In this document: positions 11,876 through 23,674 of the stretch, in pieces
How the letters are laid out: each line of letters starts with the position of its first letter
Numbering within the stretch: position 1 is the stretch's first letter
From: Tubiluchus corallicola
Lineage: Eukaryota > Animalia > Priapulida
Direction of reading: 5' to 3'
Assembly (NCBI GenBank): GCA_030141605.1
Contig: JAQGDQ010000003.1
Coordinates: 1,674,001-1,738,000, forward strand
DNA length: 64,000 nucleotides
The notes under the pieces: model-generated
Told to the model about the DNA's origin: nothing
The model's input: the letters and a program-made list of their open reading frames with translations, nothing else
The model's database searches: none
Made by a program: the position numbers and the translations under genes

Positions 11876-13717
11876 GTAACTTACAATGCATTGAACTCCA
11901 GAATGGTTCTACAAAGCTGTCTATTCACAGATCCTATGAATCAGATCAATGGTCTTCTGCTCTTTTGCATAATACAGAATTACTCACTTGTTGCTGTGGA
12001 TCAATCAAGCATTTCACAGTATTGACTATATAGAATTAAAAACCCGCTCTGTGCTTTAAAGATGACTAATGGGTAACAGTAATTTCAGAATCTTATTCAC
12101 ATCCTTTTAAGCACAATGTAAACTTATGTAAAGCTAATTTTAGTAATCTATGGGGCATATCAATCAAATATACGATAAATACTAATATTTACTGGAAAAA
12201 AGTGATTTTTGCTGTTAAATCTATGTTTTAGCTGGAATTTTTCGTGCATATAAACATGAAAAAATTCGCAAGAAACTGACGAATGTTTTGCAATTATTTT
12301 AACAGTTCTTCAATAAAAAATGCCGGTTAAAATTGGCATTCACTGTTTACAAGCATTCAAAAATATGAAATTTATGCTAATTATATTATACTTATTTGCA
12401 GCCAAGTGAACAAACATACTATGCAGCCGGTGCCAAGGGATCCAAAGGTTTTGCCTCAGATTAAGGACAAATCAAAAATGAGATGTTTCATTGGCAGAAA
12501 TATTTCGTTTTCCAAAGTATGATTAAAGTTAATTAGCTGTAAAAATGCATACATAACATACCTGTGAAAGTATAGACTAATGTGAAATTTAATAACAAAA
12601 CTAACAAGAATTAGAAGTTATTCAGAACAACACTGCTTATATGAAGCAGAATGCAACTTTGGAAAAGAGTATTTCATGTAGGAAGTTGAGACATATTAAG
12701 ACTTCTGTTATTTGGTGATGTCAGAATCTTTTGTACTTCCAGCTATAAGTCTTGAGTATCTTGAGGAGTAATGTAACCTTACCATTTTTGCTATTTGGCA
12801 TTTCCTGACTAAACATGCTAGTTTGTAGAAGTAAGCTATGCAAATGTAAATAAGAATATATCTGTACAACAATAAAATGAAATTGTATATTACCTAACTC
12901 GTTATTACTTCCTTGAATGGCTTTTGGCAACGTAACTCTTAATTTATCATTATCGAAAATTTGCAACAGAGATAAACAAAATTTGTGAGAACAAATGAAA
13001 CTGATTTGGCAAACATTGCCCAATTATTATTTTCCTTTTAAAAATAATATTTAGCAAATATAGAGTTAAATTACATTACAAATATAGAGTTTATTTTAAC
13101 TGAGGTTCATGTCTGAAAATGCACCTGTACATGACATTTCGCACTCAACTGATTACAATGTCAAGTCACTTTTGAATCAAATTCACTGTTTTCTCACAAT
13201 GCAAATCGATTGCATTTCAAATCTTCTCGCCACGTACTTGACAATGCCTGATATGACAACTGCTTGCAATTCAACAATTTCAGCACATAATTAGTCAATA
13301 TCACAGTCAAGGTAAAACGTAAACTAAAATATAGCTGCATAATAACAAGAAATTCATATACTTGTATATTCGTAACATCTTTAGACGTATTAAATGTTTC
13401 AGCTTTCATCATAGGTATAGCTACAAATATGGGAAAGAAGCAGAACACCCTAATCTAAAGCAAATATAACAGATTTACGGTGATTATTTGTAAATAATCA
13501 CATTTTATAATTAAACAACTTAATAATTGCAACTCCATATTGGATTAATAGGAAGACTGGGCACCTTTATACAAAATAAAAACAATGATATATTATAACC
13601 TTTTAAACTGATCAGCCCTAAACAATATTTGAGCATTCTTGGGAAAACAGTAAACACGTATACACCATCATGTAAATTACTGATTTCTTGGGTATAATAC
13701 ATATAACTCTCTGTGAA

Positions 13718-16700
13718 TCATTTCAAAAATTCTGACATCTGAAACACTTGCCTTAACTTTTGAGTTTCTGCTTCATTTAGCGATTGCAGAGGAGATCTAG
13801 TTGGGCCACCATAGTATCCAAGCCAGTCCATGGCCATTTTTAATCCAGGTACTCCGTATGTCTTGGTCACCTAAACATGAATTTCAGAACTAGACTTTAT
13901 TAGAATTATTAAACAACAGAAAACACTCAAAAGTGCAAATCAAAACTTACGGCTGTGTTAGGTGCAATTAGTCTGTGCTGAAGTTGTACTGCGGTTTTCA
14001 AATCTCCTTTGCGATAAAGTAACTGCAGATCACATATGGTCTTTCCTAAGGGGTTAGCTAGAGCACATATTCCTCCCACACACCCTGAAATGCAGTTATC
14101 ATCACAAATGATGACCAAACATTGCTCTACTAATTACTAGAGGATTCGCCGAGTCAAAAAAATTAAACAACAGTTGATAAAAATTCAAGTTACTAATAGG
14201 TTCAACAGCACAAGCACAATGAATAGGCACTGCATTTCACTTTTCAAAATACCAAGCACTTGCAACAGTATTATTTTACAATGCAGTAATACATTAAGTA
14301 AAGACAGCAGAAACATGTTTTTTTTTACTTTCAAATATGAAAATAGCTTTTGGTAAAATTATGTAACAAACCCACAGTTAATTCAATCTTGATATCAGGT
14401 TTGAAAAACAGCAAATGTGAAAAAGTTGGGATTCTGTCAGTTTGGACCTTCCTTTTACGAAACAAATGCCTTAGGCCACTGGGCCACTTAATCTCCCTGT
14501 ATATCATTTTCCAAAATTCATCCCTTATAACCAGCTAACTGAGTTCAGCATTTCCAATGCTAAATCGCTCACACTACAGTGATTTAACACGTTATAATAA
14601 TTTTATTTTGATTAATTTTGAGCCTAAAATTTGGCATCTGCCTCGTAAGCACAAGCACCCTGGTTCAAATCAAGGCTGTAGCCCAACTTTTTTGACATTT
14701 TCTGTGTTTTAAATCTGCTATCAAAATTTAATTAATTATGCTTTTTCCATCATTAATAATAATTAATATATTAAAATTATGATCTAGCTGTATGCTTTAC
14801 GTATAAGTCAGTTTATAAAAGGTATAAAAATGAACTAACCCATCAATAATGCTGGTAAAAGGAAACTAGCTGACCCAGCCAGAACTTGGAATCCCAGGCT
14901 CTGAGTTCGGTGGACTATATAACCAAGTTTTGCTACCTGAAAAAATCTAATAATCATTCTTAAAGAAAACAGATATGGTGAAATGTAGGGAAGAATTTTT
15001 TACAGAAAGTAGCTAGACTATAAAGCTAGTAGAAACGCAAGAATTAGTAAATCTAATATCTAACAATGTTTTTTCCTAACTTATGAAAGTTATCAGTACA
15101 AAACAAAATGATGTGAAGTTCATACTGCAAGGAATGCCTTAGTACTATGACTAAATAAGCAGATAAATTTTCATAGCTTTAAATTGTTACATTAATCTTT
15201 TCCTCACAGACAGATAAGCCATCAGTGGTTCTTCAATCTTCTTAGTTGTGACACTAACTGTGTGTGTGTTCTAATAATGATTGGCAAGTATATTATATTA
15301 TATTATATCTGCTCATATATTATTTATTAATAATTAAGGCGGGCACACTTTTGTCTAATCCCTGCAGTTGCTCTGCAGTACGACATATAAATAAATTTAA
15401 ATTCACACCTACAAGTGCACAACCTTTGTGGTTTAAGCTACTTTTAACTTAGCAAACACACGTGATCAAGTGTAATAACTTATTATATTATTTTATTAGT
15501 AACTTCTAAATATATAGATGCACACAAAGATCTGAGTAAATTACACAATCTTGAATACTGTATAATGGAATGAATATGGAATATTCATAATGCTTTTTTT
15601 AAATACTGTTCTTCACAGCTTTAACTGATCTTGTCATTTTCTTTTGCCGAATGTTAACTTACACATAAATGACTATTTGACACCTTTGTTAGGCTACCAG
15701 GACTGTTACTGTAGCAAGACATTGAATTTAACATAAGACATTGTTAACTGATAACTGGTGCTTAACAGTCAAACCTAGAACAGGCAGAAATGATACTGTG
15801 AAAAGATCAATAAATTTATATAGTTTTTTTCTTTTAAATCAAGACCAGAAACTTCATTAAAATGCATTTGCTTATATTAATCTATGGCACAAACATCAAA
15901 CAATCTAGTAAAATGGAGCCAGTTGGTGAAATTATACTCTATATTATGTTTTTTATAATTAATTAACAACTAAGCATTAACTAATAGAAACATACATCAC
16001 CACCACTATCCTTGAATCCAATGATGTTGGGATGTTGTGCCAACTTAATGACAACCTCTGCATCCAAATCGATGCCAGTGTTACCGGGAACACTGTACAG
16101 AATCACCGGAATTGGGCTGGCATCTGCAACCTACTAAATGTTGCAATTAATGAACTGCAGTATTAAATAACTAGAAAACAACATATGAAACTACAATGAC
16201 AAAAACATTAATCTTTACCTTAACACATGTAATAAGAAAGTCGTGGATTTCTTGTGTTAAATCAAATTCGAAATAGTCAAAAGCCCAGATCTACATTTTG
16301 AAATATTAATAAAATAAAGCAAAATATTCAAGTGATGCAACTGGTTGAATTAAACCAAAACAATTTCTGTACTTTTGCTAAAATGCAAAAAATTTGAAAA
16401 CAATGTATAAATCAAATAATAATTTAATCGACCTATAATGTACAGAGGTGGAAATAAACAAATAGAAAGTGGCATTCCAGCATCGAAACAGCTAAAAAAA
16501 TGGGTTCTGTTATACATGATAAACAAGCAGGATCTTAAACTGAAAAACAAATCTGATGTCTTTTTGCCTTCTTTTATTTGTAGTAACATGCCATATATAC
16601 CATACTGTCAAATACAAAGTTATAAACTAGTCTTTCGAAACTGACCTTAGTGAAATGATTAGCAAGAGCTAAATTCGACATTTTCCCCTTGAAGAAAGAT

Positions 16701-19224
16701 GGCGTAACAATGAGAGCAGCATCGGCACCACAGTCTGCCATGCGTGATGTCATGTCGATTGTTGTAATTGTTGCTGCAAAAATAACTATGGCTCAGCAAT
16801 GGGTAAATAATTTATTACATAATTATAAGACACAATTACAATGGTTAAAAAAGAAATTTTTGGTTGCTAATTATAATACCAATTATTGTACTAGCAATTA
16901 TATACCACAATAACATGTGATTAATTTCATTAAGCAAACCTGGTATTCAATTAATATTAAACCGGCCACAAAAATAGGAAGTTTAAAACTAGCAATAAGC
17001 TTTCTTACATTCACAACCAGAACCAGCTATCAGCAACTTTTCTGAAGGAATCGAAGTTTTAATATGGTTCACCACTTCAACTCTTTCCTCTGTAGAAAGA
17101 TGTACTGCTTCTCCATTTGAGCCATGGACAACATAACCTAAAAACATTATTATATAAAATCTATAACGGATAATTTGCAACTTCTCTTTAACACAGGCAT
17201 GTTTTCTCGACTTCACTAGTGACTAGTCACTATTAAAAATACTCTACTTCAATATTTTTAATACTGTCTATTGCATATCTATGCTTATCAGGTACTGGGT
17301 CTGCTCCAGTTAGAATAAGTTTGTTCCTAAAACACCTTAAGGCCTTGATGGTACCTCTGTCTGTATTAGAGACTTTGAAGAGTACACTTTTTGATTTTGT
17401 TGACAAACTGTGTATGACCTACACATCCTTTTGACGAATATTCAGCCATATACATCACTTCTTACTTTCCACTGAGTCTTGTTGATCGCCATAGGAGCAG
17501 ACTGTGCATTCTGCAGAATATGTTTACGTAATGAAATTTGGTACAAAAGTGCAGTCCCCTTTCATATTTATCCCATCATCAACGCTTAGCTCATCATGAT
17601 AACACCAAGATGGCTTCAATGTTTTTGATATTTATCAGACACTATCAGGCCGTGCTACTGTTATGAATTCTTTCAGTTCATTGAGTACAGGATTGTTGAT
17701 TGTCTGGGATCTAATATCATGGACCAGATCATTAATTCTTACATGAAGGTCACATCATCCCTAGATTCAGCAAATGACTCAGCATGCCTACCAAGCCTGT
17801 CTTGTTTTGGGGTGGGTTCACACTTTATAGTGTACTCATATCCTTGTATGCCAAGTAACATAGCTTACAAACTGACTGGTGCTGATCTTACTGGTTTACA
17901 GGTGTTATCTCAAGTTGTTTGTGATCTGTGACTGTTACTAAATCTGTTTGGTGATTTTATGTGCTGCTGTCTCAGGTTTTGTAGAAACAGTTTTTCCCAA
18001 TGTCCAATTTCACCATAGAAATCACACTGATGGACATGACTTCTTATTTCATTGATGATCACGCCTGCATGTATTATAGTATCAACTGGCCTGCCACACT
18101 GCAGAATCTCATTCATAGTTGTAAATCTCTTTTTTCTGTCCAAGTAAACATTTTTGAAAATACAGCATATTAGTACTTGCTGAAAGCTGTTCTAAAATTC
18201 TTTTTTTTTGTCACCGGGTGTAAAATCACACTCTGCTGCTTTGTCTTGTTATTTGATAACACTAGTGTTAAGTCCAATCTTGCAGCACGAAAATTAGGTT
18301 TTGCGATTTGCAGTCTATAGACAAATCTCTTTAAAATAACACTCATTTGTTTTGCTTCATTCTGTGATAACAGAAACATATTCGTATATTTTCAAACCTT
18401 CGTCATCCAATCCAGAATTCAGGGCTTCGAGAACAAAAGACACAAGATGGTCCCCAACTTTACTGTTTTGGAAAAAATCTGAACATGTTGTTTCTATATA
18501 TTATATAGCTTGAAAGTTTACACTTTGTTTTTACTGCCAGAAAATTCTATACATACTGGGTTATGCATCGACCATTATTTTTGTTTCACTGGCATATCCA
18601 ATTAGTATTTAATTCAGTTGCTCCAAAACAGATAGACAATCAGTAAGCATATCATGCAAATGTTCTGTTTTGGCTGCTGTATACACCTTGTACTTAAATA
18701 CTCGCTGCTGCACTAGATTATTTTTCATCACACACTCTTTGTCTGGCTGGTTCACTGTGGTGGTGATTAGCTTGACCAACAAAATATTTTTCAATGTATT
18801 GTTCATAGCTTTTGAGCTCAAAGTTTTTGATAATACTCCATGTGCACGTGAGGCAGCTCTTTATAGTAACGGTGCACCACAATATATCACATTGAATAAA
18901 GTGCACAGTTCCACGCCACCCTTTTAAACTTATACAAGCAGAAGACTAGCTAATACCTTTGAATGGAATGTCCTTCCATTTTGCAAAATTCTCATCTAAC
19001 TTCTTTAGACTTAAACTTTCATTTTCATCAAATGCCATCGTAATTGGTGGATATATTCCGCTGATATCCAACTGCCCAACTGTCATGGAATAAGAACGAA
19101 CATTGTTCCTCAATCCTCTCCAACTGGCAGAGATTCTGGATAACCATAATAAATGCAGGTGCTTAAGTGCCACAGGGTTTGCAAAGCATTTATTGGACCG
19201 GGCAAGCAACAATTCACATACCAT
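13718..19224 (-). CDS. HOGA1: 4-hydroxy-2-oxoglutarate aldolase, mitochondrial (DHDPS-like); 347 aa, 7 coding exons
   Basis: Exons 19224-18957, 17137-17009, 16773-16646, 16130-15996, 14936-14840, 14084-13951, 13870-13718. Motifs [49 protein letters not shown] (Schiff-base Lys), [33 protein letters not shown]. Basic N-terminal presequence-like extension. The start ATG is inferred. Confidence 0.95.
14632..14757 (+). mobile_element. 5'-truncated tRNA-derived SINE copy in a HOGA1 intron
   Basis: CTGC-CTCGTAA-GCA anticodon-like arm, B-box GGTTCAAATC, and body (..TCAAAATTTAATTAATT..CCATCA) shared with the copies at 23090-23222 and 23357-23495. Confidence 0.6.
17270..18930 (-). mobile_element. Decayed Ty3/Gypsy LTR-retrotransposon pol relic in a HOGA1 intron
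   Basis: Minus-strand translation with stops/frameshifts: [16 protein letters not shown] (RNase H end), [42 protein letters not shown] (integrase Zn-finger region), [35 protein letters not shown] (integrase core start). Well supported for 17270-17900; extension to 18930 is inferred. Confidence 0.75.
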
Positions 19225-20654
19225 GACTATGGTATTAATATACACCTAAAAAGGAAAATATACAGTAAATTGCGTGAAAAAACTTACTGTGTATCAATGT
19301 AAATGTGGTATAGGAAACTAGGTATAATTATTACTTGAAACTAGAAACAAAAGTGTTACTAATATTATTCCTTATCGTTTCCAAATGACGACAGGAAAAT
19401 AGTATGAGGTAGCAAATGAAAAATCTGACTCTGTCAATCGATGCAAAATCTGTTGTTGTAGTAGTGCAAAGTTTCGTGATGATCAATTGCGAATCGGTGA
19501 TGCCTCCAACTGCATTTTGAAAGAAAAAGTTACAAAATAGCACTAAAAGAAAATGCCACTGGAGAGTAAACACAGAATTTGCAAAATGATAGAGGTTGAG
19601 AAGTCGGAAGTCATGCGATAGTCTTTTTAACTTTCCAGTAAGTTTACACTTTTTTTCCATTAAACCACTGTTTGTTTCTATGCTGTGGCACACAGTGGCA
19701 GATAAAAATAATCACTTTCTGGAAATTCAAAAATGAAAATATTTAGATAAAAAGCCCCATTTTCGTTCGCTTTCGTGACGCTGACACCAACTTTTAAAAA
19801 AATTATTATACTTCAATTATAAGATAGATTGTTATTTTCTTTACATCAGTGTGCAGATATGGATGCATTTTTCTACTGGAGCACTAGTTTCAGCAATATT
19901 TTTGATATGGGCAATCTGAGAAAGCGTTAAAAAAGACCCACCTAACCTGCAAGCTACCCCTATTGGGAGCGACAATATCACCGCAGATTTGGTCCATTTC
20001 TATATAAAGCCCAACACGTAAACAGTGTGAAGATATAGCAACAAAAGAAAAATACTATTGAATACTACAACAACCAATTTGTATAAAGACAAAGCGTCGC
20101 CACACACTGTTATATACTGTCAAATTAGGGGTTAAAGCAAAAGTCAAGTCTCTCAGGAAGTTGAGCTTATTCTAATATTTGAGAAAAATGTTAGAAAGTT
20201 TCGGCAATGAAATTGTGATAAGCGCCTCGTTTAATTAATAATTTCAATTTAAAATCACGAACACTACACGCTTGGGCTCATTTTGGTGAAAAATGGTTAC
20301 CGTGGTTATTGCATCTGGTTACCGAGCAATATAAACAATTATTCTGCCAAGTGCTTCAGCAATCTTTTTTTGGCTTATAGAGCGAACTCTATAAACTAAC
20401 CCGTTACCTACTGTAACCCACCCGTTACCTACTGTATGCTTGCAAGTTTACATGTGTATCTGAAAGCCAACAAAAGTCTGTAAATTAATTACATTTAGGC
20501 AATTAATATATACTACTTACACATTTTACCATATCCTGTGGGTTAAAGCCATGTTACCACTTTAATCTTGGTCATAATTGATCAAATGACTAATTTTTAC
20601 ATAAACGCAGTTAAGTACAACGCTAGAATAACTGAACTTCTGAGTGAACTGTAG

Positions 20655-20820
20655 AAATTTTTCAACGTGTACCTTCATTCACACTGCCCAGAAGTCACCA
20701 GCTTACGTCATTTTTTTCGCCAGCAGGGAGATTCGTTTGGCTGGAGATATTTGAATTTCTTTTACATTTTTAAGCAAAGCATTCTATGCGCATATCTTGT
20801 GTGGTGATTTCAATATTTTT
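20655..20820 (+). mobile_element. Possible LINE APE-endonuclease fragment
   Basis: Only short motifs FNVYL and HILCGDFN, with the frame broken between them. Confidence 0.3.
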
Positions 20821-20914
20821 AATTGTATATTAAAATGCAATAAATGTTGTTCGAGGGTTAGTTCTTAGTTTAAGCGAGTACATACGTTTTTCAGCAAAAT
20901 AATTGTCGATTAAG

Positions 20915-21078
20915 GATTTAAACTTTACTATGATTGGTGCGGCAATTACCATGGCAGGCAGATTATTCCACTCATGCACAACCCACACACACAATATTTA
21001 CGAATATGAAAACGTGACCGCTCTTTAAGTAATTTTAAACCATGTCCTCTAGTTTTAGAATCATCAACTAAATTAATT
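20915..21078 (-). mobile_element. CR1-clade LINE ORF2 3' fragment
   Basis: Minus translation DDSKTRGHGLKLLKERSRFHIRKY...VVHEWNNLPAMVIAAP..KFK matches the characteristic CR1 C-terminal TRGH...WNxLP motif. Confidence 0.75.
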
Positions 21079-21911
21079 CGCAAATTCAGCCTCAGCTAAA
21101 CTTAAGTCACTATAGCATAGCCATAGCAGTTTCTATAAAATATTCAATTAGAAACAATTATTAAAGTTACAAAGTTAGCGAAAAGATTGAAAAAGCAATT
21201 ATATCTCACAGTATTCACGTTTGCAGTACTTTTACGATAACTGAATTCTTCAAATTAGCACGCACTGCGCATAACCTCAACGGTCATTGGCTGTGCCCAC
21301 GAGTTTGCTGGCTATTTGTTGAGTTGTTGTATCTCGTTTGTTCCAACTTTGCTTAGCATGAGATGTTTATCGTCTAATATCCTCAGTCGTCGGCGACTCG
21401 TCGTTCATCAAGTGCAAAGCAATGCAATGCATTACTTCCCAGAAGGAAATCAATTTCACAGTAAATAATGTGCACCACATAATAGTCAACCTGAAACGAA
21501 CGATTCAATTCAAAGCAGCAGCAAATTAGAGTTTTTTATAAAATTTAGTAAAGTAGCAGTCTGGTCTGGTTGACAAGTAGACAGTGGTTGTCGCTATAAG
21601 CTCAAGTTGGAACCCGGATAATCTGGGTAAGGCAAATTATTCAATTCAACTCAACTCAAAACGTGCATTTATTTCCATATTGATGATATAACTGAGGCAA
21701 GTAAATGTATTTAATTATCACAATGGAAATAGGATGGCGAAGACCAAGAAGGTCAACTAGTCAAGCCATCCTTCAATGGATGAATGTGATTATTGGGATG
21801 ACACTGTAAGAATTAACGTGCTTAAGTCATAAAAGTAATTATATGAATATGCAAATCATTGATCTGAACCTGCAAAAAGAGGCAACTTTTGTATATACGT
21901 TATTTTCTAGA

Positions 21912-21912
<1 letters not shown>

Positions 21913-21944
<32 letters not shown>

Positions 21945-21975
21945 CATTGTTGTTGTTGTTGTTGTTGTTGTTTGT
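21913..21975. repeat. Compound (TTA)n(TTG)n microsatellite
   Basis: Directly visible. Confidence 0.9.
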
Positions 21976-23089
21976 TCCGTAGCCATAACTTCATAAGGTT
22001 GCGTAAGATGATATACTTGTAGGTTGTCACTCGCCGGTCCGTTCAGCTTGTCAGATCTTCACATCAAGTTAAATCGCTGCCGCTCTTCTTTAAAGGCACC
22101 TTAACTCGAAACTAAAATGCACAGTCCCTAGTTGCTCTTCGACTTTCGAAAAGAACAGAACGAAATCCCTTAACTGTCATTGAAACCGTTTTGGTCCATC
22201 AAGCATTTCATTCTATTTCAGGTCTGGTTAAAAGAGGTCAAAATAATGGAGAGAGAGCTAGAATCCGATGATCCACTACGTCGACATCATCTCTCATCAC
22301 CAGGAAATTGTTGGCTATTGCATCATGTCAGTCCAAAAAGCAATTAACGCAGGTCGGCGGCTCGAACGGTCCAAGGGTTCAGCTGTGGGCTACTGTCTCT
22401 TCTAAGGCAAAATAAATGGATTTTTGCCGTCATCACAATGCGATATAGGCGTACTGTATCTGAATCGTTCTGTTTTGATTGTACGAAAGAAATTAACCCA
22501 ATCGTATACAAATCGCTTCTTATCTACATGTTGTTGTTGTTGCTGCTGCTGGTGTTGTCGTTAGTGTTGTTCTTTTTGTCATTGTTGTCGTTCCTGTTTT
22601 GCTATCGGGCTTGTGATGTTTCTTGCACTTAATGCTTACTTTAATAACCAAATTTATTGTAATTTAAATTACTGAACAATAAAATAAAATTCAATTCTTT
22701 TTTGAACAATTTTTAATACATATTAAATTGATGATAAATGCAGAAAAGGTATTTTTTCAAAAAAACAGATTAATTTATTTATTGGCATACACTGCTTTAG
22801 AAGACTGACCTTTAAACGATTCACTGAATTCATCAAATACTTTGATAACTGTAAAAATTTATTAATTGCTTCGGCCACGCCGCTGGGTGAATAAATTTAA
22901 CACAATTTACATAAACTTCATACGATTTTTTGTAGAAGTGTACATTTCATTATTACTCATGAACACAAGAAAAATACGTTTTCTTTGCGCATTCCACATA
23001 CACATTCTTATTACATACACATACGACTTCATTTGATATTATATACAACACATGCACTATATAAACAGTTATTTATAAAAGATTACGGT

Positions 23090-23222
23090 CAATGATGACA
23101 CAAACAATTAATTAAATCTTGAGACCAGACTCGGAATGTAAGAAATGTGAAGAGTTGGAACACTGCCCGGATTTAAACCAGGGACCTTCGGCTAACAATG
23201 TTGGCGTAATAAACCACGGAAA
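23090..23222 (-). mobile_element. tRNA-derived SINE copy
   Basis: Reverse complement reads GTGGTTT..GCC..TTGTTAGCCGAAGGTCCCTGGTTTAAATCCGGGCAGTGTTCCAACT..TCAAGATTTAATTAATT..CATCA, homologous to the other two copies. Confidence 0.6.
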
Positions 23223-23356
23223 TTTCAGGCAGAAAATGAATTAAAATAAAATCGTCTAATTGACTAGAATCATTCTAGAGTGAGCGATCTAACAATGGAG
23301 ATGCTGTTATGGTTTACTAGCAATAAAGAATAAACTTTGAAACTGTCAAAATCGTC

Positions 23357-23495
23357 GGGAAACATAGCGGTCTAGTGGTTTTGGTGCCGGCTTTGTAAGC
23401 CGAACCTCCCTGGTAGAAAACCAGGCTGTGTTCAAGCTTTTCTTATCTTTCGAGTTTAGCATCAAAATTTTAATTGTGGGTTTGTACCATCACAA
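23357..23495 (+). mobile_element. tRNA(Thr)-derived SINE copy with A-box
   Basis: A-box-like TAGCGGTCTAGTGG, anticodon arm CCGGC-TTTGTAA-GCCGA (TGT), degenerate B-box CCCTGGTAGAAAACCAGG, shared body. Confidence 0.65.
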
Positions 23496-23674
23496 GCAGA
23501 CATAGCAATAATTAAATCCACAGAAACGCATTAATAAATATCAAATTCGCTCCTTTCCCTAATTATTACAATTTGAAAAATAGCACACACCCGAAATACG
23601 TATAAGCAACCCCATGATCTGTTATTTTCGCCAAGTGTTATAGGTCACAAACAGTTACGTGCAATTTAACACAG

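Noticed and set aside
19331-19693. 120-aa ORF upstream of HOGA1 as a coding exon
   Set aside because: No recognisable homology; more likely 5'UTR/promoter, since the downstream exon supplies an ATG and a presequence-like region.
23357-23430. Functional tRNA-Thr gene
   Set aside because: The T-loop/B-box is degenerate, the acceptor stem is not convincing, and a non-tRNA body is shared with other copies, which indicates a SINE.
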